64,000 nucleotides of DNA from an uncultured Gammaproteobacteria bacterium (GTDB lineage: Bacteria; Patescibacteriota; Microgenomatia; Levybacterales; UBA12049): NCBI GenBank assembly GCA_964564035.1, contig CAZLZN010000004.1, positions 10,632 to 74,631 on the forward strand. The letters run 5' to 3'. Shown piece after piece: positions 18,116 through 26,417 of the stretch. The translations under genes were made by a program, and so were the position numbers. Each line of letters begins with the position of its first letter. Within the stretch, counting starts at the first letter, position 1. A model generated the notes under the pieces. It did no database searches. It worked only from the letters and a program-made list of their open reading frames with translations, and was not told where the DNA came from.

Positions 18116-19048
18116 TCACTTGTTTCCGGAATGGAATGTTTTGTGAACTTCTCTTAACTGCTTGTTTGTAATGTGTGTATATATTTGGGTAGTCGCGATG
18201 TTTTTGTGACCGAGCATTTCCTGTACGGATCTAATATCAGCCCCATTGGTCAGTAGATCAGTCGCGAAACTATGTCTCAAAGTATGAACAGTCGCATCAA
18301 CAGGTAAGCGCGCAAGTTTAACATATTTTTTGATTATCCGCTCAACGCTTCTGGGGGTAAGCCTCATCTTCTCTCCGCGGTTTTCTTCATTTTTTTTACC
18401 TGAATAGCGGATAAATAATGGCCTATACGGATCCAGTCTGATTTTCAGATAATTGCCGATCCAGTCCGCAGCCCTGTCGGAAATAAAAACAATTCTCGAT
18501 TTGCCGCCTTTGCCAATCACACCGAATTCTCGTCTTTCTAGATTGATTTGTTCATGATTGAGTTTGGTTAATTCACTCACGCGAAGTCCGGTTGAAAATA
18601 GAAGCTCCATTATTGCCCTGTCCCGGGTGCCTTCTTCCGTTGATGTATCAGGCATTGTAACCAGGCGGTCTATTTGTTCACGCTCTAAAAACTTCAAACT
18701 GCGGCTTTCTGTTTTGGGCAGATCTATCTTGGAGGGCTCAAGCGTATTAATATCATTTTTGATAAGAAATCTGAGAAACGACCTGAGGGCGATAACGTAA
18801 TAATTTTGAGTAACCTTTTTGAGACCTTTTTCTTTGGCGTCTTTTACATTTGATAAATATACCCTATATTTTCTAATACTTTGTAAATTCAAATCAGCCA
18901 GTGTTTTTTGAGGCATTTCGCGCTTAAACCAATTCTCAAAAACCACCAAATAATGCCTGTAGTCTCTGATCGTAAGTTTGCTGCAATTTTTTTCTATCTC
19001 CAGATACTCCAGGAAATTCTGTATGTGTTCTTTTAGCGGATCATTCAT
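18116..19048 (-). CDS. tyrosine site-specific recombinase, XerC/XerD family
   Basis: N-terminal SAM-like core-binding domain. C-terminal catalytic motifs ..GLRVSEL.., ..HTLRHSFATDLLTNGADIRSVQEMLGHKNIATTQIYTH... Confidence 0.9.
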   Translation of the reverse strand: MNDPLKEHIQNFLEYLEIEKNCSKLTIRDYRHYLVVFENWFKREMPQKTLADLNLQSIRKYRVYLSNVKDAKEKGLKKVTQNYYVIALRSFLRFLIKNDINTLEPSKIDLPKTESRSLKFLEREQIDRLVTMPDTSTEEGTRDRAIMELLFSTGLRVSELTKLNHEQINLERREFGVIGKGGKSRIVFISDRAADWIGNYLKIRLDPYRPLFIRYSGKKNEENRGEKMRLTPRSVERIIKKYVKLARLPVDATVHTLRHSFATDLLTNGADIRSVQEMLGHKNIATTQIYTHITNKQLREVHKTFHSGNK

Positions 19049-19157
19049 AGTTTAAAAGACGGCTGATTTAGATAACTTTAACTGATACCTGACAAAAAAG
19101 TCAATATTTTGTTTGATTTCTGTCAAGTAGTTTAATTTTATTTAATTTAATCTTAGG

Positions 19158-21164
19158 ATGCCAAAATTATACTTTTTTATGATTTACCCGGCAATTGATA
19201 GTTCGACAACTATTTTTCAAAGGAGGGGAGAGAGAAAAATAATTTTTAAAGAAATTGTTGAATTATCCCCATTGCCGGTATTGATTGTGAATGCTGCTAC
19301 AAATGAGATTGAATACGCTAATGGTGCATGGGAACAGGCAACCGGATACACACTGGACGAAGTAAAGGGTAGAAATCCCAATATTCTAAAAAGCGGCCGA
19401 ACACCAAAGGAAATTCATAACCAAATCCGCAAGCACCTGAGAGAAGGCAGAATTTATAAAACAGAACTGTTATTTGATAAACGCAAAGACGGAAGCGAAT
19501 TTCAATTATCATCTACTTTTTATCCAATCCAACAGGATGAGAGAAATATTTTTTATGTACAGATAGAGCATGATATAACTGCGCGAAAAATTAAAGAAAA
19601 ATTCAAAACAATGCATATTAATATCGCGCTTTTACTTGCCGCGTCTGAAGACATTCTGAGTGCGGTACCTAAGACGCTTGAATATTTGTGCGAAGGAACA
19701 GGTTGGGAAATTGGGGAGCTGTGGCTTCTATCACGTGACAGCCGGGAGATGCAGTATGTTGGTGCGTGGCATAGTCCCAATTTAAATGTAAAAGAATACA
19801 TTGATAAAACTACTATCAAAACTTTTATGAAAGGAAAAGGCTTACCGGGTCGTGTATGGCAAACGGGAAAACCTGCATGGTATATAAATTCTCCGAATAA
19901 TTTATTTTTTAAAAATATTGAGAAATCATTTTCTTTCGGAATAAATACAGCTTTAGCATTTCCAATTCAAATAAATTTAAAAACTACAGGTGTACTAACA
20001 TTTTTTGCACGAGAAACTCATAAGCCGGACAATGAACTGCTTGAAACAATGAATATCCTGGGCAATCATCTCGGGCATTTCATTGAGCATAAACGTATGG
20101 AAGAAAAACTGGCTAATATGACCGTGAAACAGCGCTTGCTTCTTAATGCGATCGGACAAGGCGTATATGGAGTAGATACCAAAGGCAAACTGACGTTTAT
20201 TAACCCAGCTGCCGAAAATATGCTCGGATGGAGCACCGATGAACTTAAAGGCAAACGAATACACGATATTATTCATCACACAAAATCAGATACCGTAACG
20301 CCTTTAAAATATTATCAGTGTCCGAATGTAAAGGTCAGAAAAAAAATAGGAAATCCAATACAAATTGATAAAGAAATATTTTGGAGGAAAGACGGAACTT
20401 ATTTTCCGGTAGAGTATGTAGTAACACCAATCCCTGAAAACAACAAAATTATCGGATCTGTTGTTACGTTCAGCGACATAACAAAAAGAAAACAGCTGGA
20501 AGAACTAAAAAAAGAGTTTTTGGCAACAGCGGCACATGAACTGAAAACTCCTATTACGTCATTAAAACTGCTGAGTCAATTACAACTAACAAAAATTAAA
20601 AATAATAAACCTGTAAATATTGAAGAGATGGCAAAAATAAATAATGAGCTTGAACGATTGACGCGAATAATAAACGATATTTTAGATGATCAAAGAATTG
20701 AAACCGGAAAGTTAAGTATTACAAAAAATAAAATAGATTTGTCTGTCTTGGTCAAAGATACAGTCGATCAAATTTCCAGTATATTCGGTAAAGTAAAAAT
20801 AATTTGCAAAGTCACACCCGGCATACTCGTGTTCGCGGATAGCGACAGGATCAGACAAGTAGTAACAAATTTGCTTACAAACGCAATCAAATATTCTTCC
20901 GATGATTCCGAAATTTTGGCCGAAGTTAAAAAAGCCAACAATAAGGCTCTGGTATCTATTTCTGATAAAGGGATAGGGATAAGTTCGGGGAAACAAGAAA
21001 AAATATTTGACCGCTTCTTTCAAATTCAGGAGGGCAAATCCGGATTTGGGCTCGGCCTTTACATATCAAAACAAATAATTAATCTGCATAATGGAAAAAT
21101 TTGGGTAAAATCAAGAGAAGGGGAGGGGAGTACTTTCCATTTCACGCTCACGCTGTTACAATAA
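19158..21164 (+). CDS. sensor histidine kinase (PAS-GAF-PAS-HisKA-HATPase_c), no adjacent response regulator
   Basis: H-box AAHELKTPITSL. N/G boxes ..LTNAIKYS.., ..DKGIGIS.., ..GFGLGLYISK... Upstream PAS (..GRNPNILKSG..) and GAF-like segments. The exact start is uncertain. Confidence 0.85.
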   Translation: MPKLYFFMIYPAIDSSTTIFQRRGERKIIFKEIVELSPLPVLIVNAATNEIEYANGAWEQATGYTLDEVKGRNPNILKSGRTPKEIHNQIRKHLREGRIYKTELLFDKRKDGSEFQLSSTFYPIQQDERNIFYVQIEHDITARKIKEKFKTMHINIALLLAASEDILSAVPKTLEYLCEGTGWEIGELWLLSRDSREMQYVGAWHSPNLNVKEYIDKTTIKTFMKGKGLPGRVWQTGKPAWYINSPNNLFFKNIEKSFSFGINTALAFPIQINLKTTGVLTFFARETHKPDNELLETMNILGNHLGHFIEHKRMEEKLANMTVKQRLLLNAIGQGVYGVDTKGKLTFINPAAENMLGWSTDELKGKRIHDIIHHTKSDTVTPLKYYQCPNVKVRKKIGNPIQIDKEIFWRKDGTYFPVEYVVTPIPENNKIIGSVVTFSDITKRKQLEELKKEFLATAAHELKTPITSLKLLSQLQLTKIKNNKPVNIEEMAKINNELERLTRIINDILDDQRIETGKLSITKNKIDLSVLVKDTVDQISSIFGKVKIICKVTPGILVFADSDRIRQVVTNLLTNAIKYSSDDSEILAEVKKANNKALVSISDKGIGISSGKQEKIFDRFFQIQEGKSGFGLGLYISKQIINLHNGKIWVKSREGEGSTFHFTLTLLQ

Positions 21165-21206
21165 ACCAAATAATCTCATCTAACGGATTATTCCTCTTTT
21201 ATAAAT

Positions 21207-22643
21207 ATGATTAGCGATCAATATCAGGATTGCCTGAAATACATAGATAAGTATTGGGAAAGGATTATTTTCAGGCCATCCAAAATGAAGCTCAGAAGCG
21301 GGTTAAAAAATGTACCCATCCTTATATCCAGCGTTAATCATAAGCTTTTTAAAAATAAAAAAATTAACAGGCTGTATGTTGAAATCCCCCATTATTATTT
21401 TGTTCCGAATGACAGAAAGTTCAAATATATTTTCTATTGGGATAGTTATTTTATGTTCAAGGGATTAGTCGGAACTAAACGTGAATGGCTTATGAAGGAA
21501 ATGGTCGAGAATTTTATATATCTATTTAACTATCTTCAGATAGTGCCTAATTTCAGCTCCAGGGCCGCGCTGGGACGCTCACAGCCGCCGTTCCTGTCTT
21601 CTATGATACTTGAGACATACAAGGCCCCCATAAACCGCAATAACTATTACAATTACGTAGGCAGTCTCCGGGGATTTATATACAGATTGTATTACAAGAG
21701 ATGGCTCAATAGATCAATGGATATAGCAAGGCAGGAGTATGAACTTGTCTGGATCGATAAAGACTGCTCATATAATCACAGTGTGCCCGGATATAAGCTA
21801 TCACGATACGGCGACCGGGACATAGGCTACGCGCACTCATCCGAGCTTGAATCAGGATGGGATATGACATCGAGATTTTACAGTAGATGTAATGAGTTTT
21901 TACCTGTTGATCTGAACTCTTATCTATATAAATATGAAATGGATTTTGCGGAATCCGCAAAAATTCTGGAAAACAAAGAAGATTTTGATTATTGGACTAA
22001 AAAAGCAAAAGAGAGACAAAGTGAGATAAATAAATATATGTGGGATGAACATACAGGGTTTTTTTATGATTACGGTTATTATTATAAAAGGCTTAGTAAA
22101 TTCTTATCTCTGGCCGGTTTTATGCCAATGTGGGCCGGGATAGCAACACCCGAGCAAGCCGAGCGCATGGTTAAAAAACTGCCAAAATTTGAAACCAAAT
22201 ACGGTCTTGCCATAACAGCTAAGGAGTCGCTCGCGCATCAAATAGATCTATCTAAAATTCAAACAAGGTTCAGATCCGCGATTGAATCTATTATTAAGCC
22301 CAAACAGTGGGATTATCCGAATATATGGTCTCCGCTTGAATATCTGACTGTTATTGGCTTACTGCGGTATGGATATATAAACGAGGCAAAAAGAATCATG
22401 ACTAATTCTATAAATGCTCATGCCGCCGCATATAGAAAGCACAAAACTTTTTTTGAAAAGCTAAATGGCGAAACCGGTGAATCCGGCTCAGGGGCTTTGT
22501 ACCGCGACCAGGACGGCTTTGGCTGGACAAATGCTGTATTTTACCGTTATATAAAACTACTTGAAGATATAGAGAGCTTAAAAACTATTTATGAAGAACC
22601 TCTTCAAGCCGAGCCTCCATATAACCTGGCTATCCTACACTAA
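21207..22643 (+). CDS. alpha,alpha-trehalase (GH37), cytoplasmic type
   Basis: Trehalase signature-like motifs PNDRKFKYIFYWDSYF and QWDYPNIWSPL, plus RSQPPFLSSM. No signal peptide. Confidence 0.85.
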   Translation: MISDQYQDCLKYIDKYWERIIFRPSKMKLRSGLKNVPILISSVNHKLFKNKKINRLYVEIPHYYFVPNDRKFKYIFYWDSYFMFKGLVGTKREWLMKEMVENFIYLFNYLQIVPNFSSRAALGRSQPPFLSSMILETYKAPINRNNYYNYVGSLRGFIYRLYYKRWLNRSMDIARQEYELVWIDKDCSYNHSVPGYKLSRYGDRDIGYAHSSELESGWDMTSRFYSRCNEFLPVDLNSYLYKYEMDFAESAKILENKEDFDYWTKKAKERQSEINKYMWDEHTGFFYDYGYYYKRLSKFLSLAGFMPMWAGIATPEQAERMVKKLPKFETKYGLAITAKESLAHQIDLSKIQTRFRSAIESIIKPKQWDYPNIWSPLEYLTVIGLLRYGYINEAKRIMTNSINAHAAAYRKHKTFFEKLNGETGESGSGALYRDQDGFGWTNAVFYRYIKLLEDIESLKTIYEEPLQAEPPYNLAILH

Positions 22644-23370
22644 TCCGACTCCCCTGCCTGAACCAAAGCGGGGAGAGGAGCACGGCAGGAATTACGAAGC
22701 TAATAAAAAAGCAGACAACTGTTCTTTGTGAAAAAAATGTTAAATATAGTCCCATAATATGTTATTGTGAATGTAACGAGTTAATTAAAAAAGGTACATG
22801 AATAACGGGAGAGCATTAATATACGACGCGGTATCATACGAATAATTAATTTAATTTTGAGGCATAAATGATAAAAATATTTAAGAGCTCCCCCGGCTTT
22901 CGTGCCTGCATGACGTCGTAAAAGTATTATTGTGCGACGTGATAAGATTGTTGTCCTCCGGTGCCTACCGGGCTTATTTTAATCGTATTTAAGTACGATG
23001 TATTTCTAATCATAAAAGACGGGAGAATTGCTTCCGAATGACGAATGACTACTGGCCATGACCGAAAAACGTATATTTTTAATTCAAGTACAATTGTTAA
23101 ATTACGGCTTACCTCCGACGTAAGAGCGGTCTATTATGTAGGTAAACACAGCAAGTCTTAAGCGCCTGCCGATTGTCCAGAAATTTATTAAATTTAAAAT
23201 TTTGTATACACATGTATAGAGAAGGCGTTATATTATGCGAAATTTATTTGCTTGCCAATAATGGTCAATATATTGTTTTTGAGTAAATGTTTTGTTTATT
23301 AAATGGTTCGTTGTAGCTCCTAAATATTTGAGGGGCCTTGTAGGGCTTTATATTGACAAGTAGTTTTAGG

Positions 23371-23382
23371 TTGATATATCAA
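23371..23382. repeat. perfect 12-bp palindrome TTGATATATCAA (copy 1), inside a ~38-bp repeat unit
   Basis: TTGATATATCAA is its own reverse complement. The unit ggttgatatatcaatctaaactcgttattttagcttca (23369-23406) recurs as gcttgatatatcaatataaacatgctattttgaggcta (23744-23781). A TTGACA hexamer lies at 23353-23358, so the palindrome overlaps a possible -10. Confidence 0.7.
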
Positions 23383-23745
23383 TCTAAACTCGTTATTTTA
23401 GCTTCATTAATAATATACATCTTATAAATTGGGCTTTCGTATTTTTTTCGAGCGACTCGAAACGCGCTATCAAGAGTACAACGAGATCAATATTTGTTAT
23501 TGTAAGACCATGTTTATTTATAAGATTAAGTATAAAAATATATCAAGATAATATTAAACTAGTTAACCAGTGAGAGTAAAATACATTTTATAGCTTAACA
23601 AGATAATAACTAATGATCAATAGTTTAGCTTGTAATTACGATATAAAGTTATATTTCTGAGGCTAATTTTCGATAATTTATTAGAATATATATTTTAAGC
23701 TTCCTCAATAAGCTATAGGAAAAGTAAATTCTCGTGCAATTTTGC

Positions 23746-23757
23746 TTGATATATCAA
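23746..23757. repeat. perfect 12-bp palindrome TTGATATATCAA (copy 2)
   Basis: An identical 12-mer lies 375 bp from copy 1, with similar flanks (see copy 1). Confidence 0.7.
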
Positions 23758-23947
23758 TATAAACATGCTATTTTGAGGCTAATATTTTCAAATTAATGCT
23801 TTTTTGTTACGGAGAGCAGTATCTGTGTTGTACGAGCTGAGAGCACACGTGGTCTTATAGTATATAGGCTTTAATGCAAACAGGCTTATTTAAGGCTATT
23901 TCTATGCTATTAGCACTGTGAAAAGTAGTAATATAGGCTGTGAAAAG

Positions 23948-23956
23948 TTATCCACA
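23948..23956 (+). promoter_or_regulatory. perfect DnaA-box consensus TTATCCACA, flanked by repeats
   Basis: TTATCCACA at 23948-23956. It is immediately preceded by the direct repeat ctgtgaaaagt (23916-23926 and 23938-23948). It is followed by the tandem 10-mer aactatatca x2 (23958-23977). This is the only perfect box I found, so its function is unproven. Confidence 0.3.
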
Positions 23957-24051
23957 TAACTATATCAAACTATATCATTTATGTTATAGGATCTACTCTA
24001 TTTTGATTATACTACTCTCTTATACTCTCTCCTCTTCCCTGCTCTTTTAGC

Positions 24052-24903
24052 TCATCCTGAAAAAACTATTAAAACAAAAATAACAATGAAACCAACCCAT
24101 GCATATTCCCATAAAATTCCTTTGAAAAATCTTTTTTCGAACCATATATGAGAGAGTCCGGCGACTATATAGAAAAAGCCTGTCAGGAAGAGCGATATAA
24201 TAGCCGGCTTGCTGGGCCAAAACCATAATATTGCGGCTAACTCTACAATGCATAGGGTTAATGCCAAAACCCAAATTGCCAAAGGTTGAGTGATTTTCTG
24301 AAGCGCATAGGTCCATAAAGAATGATAAAAAAGCAGATAAGTATACGCGAATAATAATAGCAATATCGGAAGTATGTTGACGCGCAGAGTATACAGTACG
24401 TTGGTTAACAGAAAAAAAGATACCAGGGTGACTACGAAGGAAACAATTCTGGCACCGGACAGTAAAGCAATAGTACGAGTTGAAGAGACAACCAAAATAT
24501 TTTGACTGAGGTAAAGTGAGTAAAGACCGAACGCGTATACAACTGCTAAAATAATTTTATAAATAAAATTCGGCGTCAAAAAGCAAAACAGGCCGAATGA
24601 TAAACTATAAAAGAATGGCAAAATAAAAATTTCATACATGAATTTATCTTTGATGTCTTTGTATAGGCCCCAAAAGAGGAAAGCATCTGTCAGGATAGCG
24701 AGTATAAACGATGTAATAATTCCCGATCTGTTGAACTGGAATTCTGTAAAAAGAAGACCAATAGTTAATATAAGGACACCGATAACGAACTTCTGTCTCT
24801 TCCCTATTGTTATGCTTAGTGACTTTCTAGCTCTTTTGGTTCTTGTCAGCAGTTTGCCAATATTCAGAAAATTACCGGCTGTAGTTCTATTTTTTAGACT
24901 CAT
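24052..24903 (-). CDS. hypothetical polytopic membrane protein
   Basis: 283 aa with roughly eight hydrophobic helices. No recognised motif. Confidence 0.6.
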   Translation of the reverse strand: MSLKNRTTAGNFLNIGKLLTRTKRARKSLSITIGKRQKFVIGVLILTIGLLFTEFQFNRSGIITSFILAILTDAFLFWGLYKDIKDKFMYEIFILPFFYSLSFGLFCFLTPNFIYKIILAVVYAFGLYSLYLSQNILVVSSTRTIALLSGARIVSFVVTLVSFFLLTNVLYTLRVNILPILLLLFAYTYLLFYHSLWTYALQKITQPLAIWVLALTLCIVELAAILWFWPSKPAIISLFLTGFFYIVAGLSHIWFEKRFFKGILWEYAWVGFIVIFVLIVFSG

Positions 24904-24918
24904 TAATTATATTTTAAA

Positions 24919-25653
24919 TCAATTTTCAGCAATATCAAAATTTGTATAAACTTTCTGTATATCGTTTAAGTCTTCCATTTTCTCTATAAATGCTATAGTT
25001 TTGTCTATGATCGACTTGTCGCCTACAGTCATTAACGTCAGCGGTTTATAGGTTAACTCAGCTTGTTTTATTTTGATACCGCCTGTTTGCAGAGCAGTTC
25101 TGATCTTATCCAGTTCTTCCGGCTTGGTATAAATTACCACTTCACTCCCCTCTTCTTCTACATCCTGCGCTCCTGCGTCAACTGCGGTTAAAAAAATATC
25201 ATCAAATGATTTATTTTCTTTGTCTATTATTAAAATCCCCGCTCTCTGGAACTGGTACATAACTGAGCCTTGGGCGCCCATAGTGCCCCCGTTCTTGTCG
25301 AACGCATTTTTTACTTCGGCTACAGTTCTTTGTTTATTGTCGGTCAAGCCTTCAACGACCACTGAAATACCGCCCGGACCAAAGCCTTCATAAACTACCT
25401 CTTCCAAGCTTGTGTCTTGCTTACCTGAGGCCCTGGCGATAGCGCGCTCAATATTGTCTTTGGGCATATTTGAATTTCTGGCCGCTTCTATCGCGATCCT
25501 GAGCCGGAAATTACTTTCAGGGTCCGCGATGTTTCCGCCTTGTTTAACGGCCATAGTAATAGCGTTCGAGAGCTTGGTAAAGGCCTGTCCGCGCTTCATG
25601 TCGTTCGCACCTTTTTGGCGCTTGATCGTTGACCACTTTGAATGTCCTGACAT
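24919..25653 (-). CDS. yebC: YebC/PmpR family DNA-binding transcriptional regulator
   Basis: N-terminus MSGHSKWSTIKRQKGANDMKRGQAFTKL is the family hallmark. I start at this Met (25653) rather than the ORF-track Met at 25662. Confidence 0.9.
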   Translation of the reverse strand: MSGHSKWSTIKRQKGANDMKRGQAFTKLSNAITMAVKQGGNIADPESNFRLRIAIEAARNSNMPKDNIERAIARASGKQDTSLEEVVYEGFGPGGISVVVEGLTDNKQRTVAEVKNAFDKNGGTMGAQGSVMYQFQRAGILIIDKENKSFDDIFLTAVDAGAQDVEEEGSEVVIYTKPEELDKIRTALQTGGIKIKQAELTYKPLTLMTVGDKSIIDKTIAFIEKMEDLNDIQKVYTNFDIAEN

Positions 25654-25724
25654 AATTCTCAATTATAACTTTCCGTATTGACATTTGCAATAAATGGTTG
25701 TAGAATCTCATGCAACCCTAAGAC

Positions 25725-26417
25725 ATGACTTATCTGAAATCTCAAGCCATTCAGACTGCCTTGGCAGGAGATTGGGAAAATGCTATATCATTAAATCAGC
25801 AAATTCTTATTGAAGAGCCTGAAGATATAGATACCCTCAACCGCTTAGCCTACGCATATCTCAGCCAAGGATGTATCAAGGAATCCAAAACTATCTACCA
25901 AAGAGTACTGACTCTTGACATGAAAAATCCAATAGCGCTTAGGAACCTCAAGAGATTAAATGAATCTAATGTAAAAAAAGTAAATTGTCTGGTTAGTAAT
26001 TTGTTCATTGAGGAACCGGGAAAGACAAAGGTAATTGAGCTTATAAATGTTGCGGATAAAAAAATCGTAGCACATCTGAGACCCGGTGAGAAGCTTTTGC
26101 TAAGTATAAAAAGGATGAAAATATTTGCTTTGGATCAGGAAAATAATTATATCGGTATGCTTCCTGATGACGTTTGTAAAAGACTGATTAAATTCATTAA
26201 CGGCGGAAACAAATACGAAGCTTATGCGAGGACAACAGACAGCAACAGGCTTAGTATTTTTATAAGAGAGCTGAAAAGAGTAAAGCGATATGAAAATCAG
26301 CCTTCATTTGTGTACTCGGACAAACCAAAGATTTCTCTGGACAACAATATAAATACCTTAAAAAGTCAGTCAAACAGCAAGAACGGTAAAAGCTCCAATG
26401 TAGAAAGTTCCGCTTAA
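25725..26417 (+). CDS. hypothetical protein with N-terminal TPR-like repeats
   Basis: TPR-like helices (..GDWENAISLNQQIL..DIDTLNRLAYAYLSQG..ESKTIYQRVLTLD..). A TTGACA-N17-TAGAAT promoter-like sequence lies at 25677-25705. Confidence 0.6.
   Translation: MTYLKSQAIQTALAGDWENAISLNQQILIEEPEDIDTLNRLAYAYLSQGCIKESKTIYQRVLTLDMKNPIALRNLKRLNESNVKKVNCLVSNLFIEEPGKTKVIELINVADKKIVAHLRPGEKLLLSIKRMKIFALDQENNYIGMLPDDVCKRLIKFINGGNKYEAYARTTDSNRLSIFIRELKRVKRYENQPSFVYSDKPKISLDNNINTLKSQSNSKNGKSSNVESSA

Larger units (their letters stand above)
22644..24051. other. 1.4 kb ORF-free AT-rich region between convergent genes, at the coding-strand switch
   Basis: No ORF of 60 aa or more in any of six frames. The small ORFs I translated by hand are 7-38 aa and lack SD sequences. 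The left third (to ~23180) has GC-rich hairpin-capable patches. The right part is very AT-rich and holds the repeats listed separately. Confidence 0.8.

Noticed and set aside
22649-22675. Hairpin ctcccctgc..gcggggag after the trehalase stop as an intrinsic terminator.
   Set aside because: The stem has a bulge and is not followed by a T-run on either strand. An alternative pairing (cctgcc with ggcagg at 22684) competes with it. It is not confidently a terminator.
22644-23200. RNase P RNA, tmRNA, SRP RNA, or a group II intron in the ORF-free region.
   Set aside because: I did not find hallmark strings: GAGGAAAGTCCGGGC-type P4, a tRNA-like GGTTCGAATCC..ACCA 3' end with a tag ORF, the SRP GGAA/AGCA domain IV motifs, or a domain V consensus. 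The resemblance of ccgggcttat to the RNase P 3' segment is isolated.
23214-23245. dif-like site around gttatattatgcgaaat.
   Set aside because: Only the XerD-arm half (TTATGCGAAAT, 9/11 to TTATGTTAAAT) and part of the central region resemble dif. The XerC arm does not match. Other ATTATG occurrences (for example 23134) are worse.
22644-24051. Calling the gap the chromosomal oriC.
   Set aside because: There is only one perfect DnaA box plus weak 6/9 matches. No dnaA or dnaN gene is nearby. The flanking genes converge rather than diverge, the opposite of what is expected at an origin. It is kept as an open question, not an annotation.
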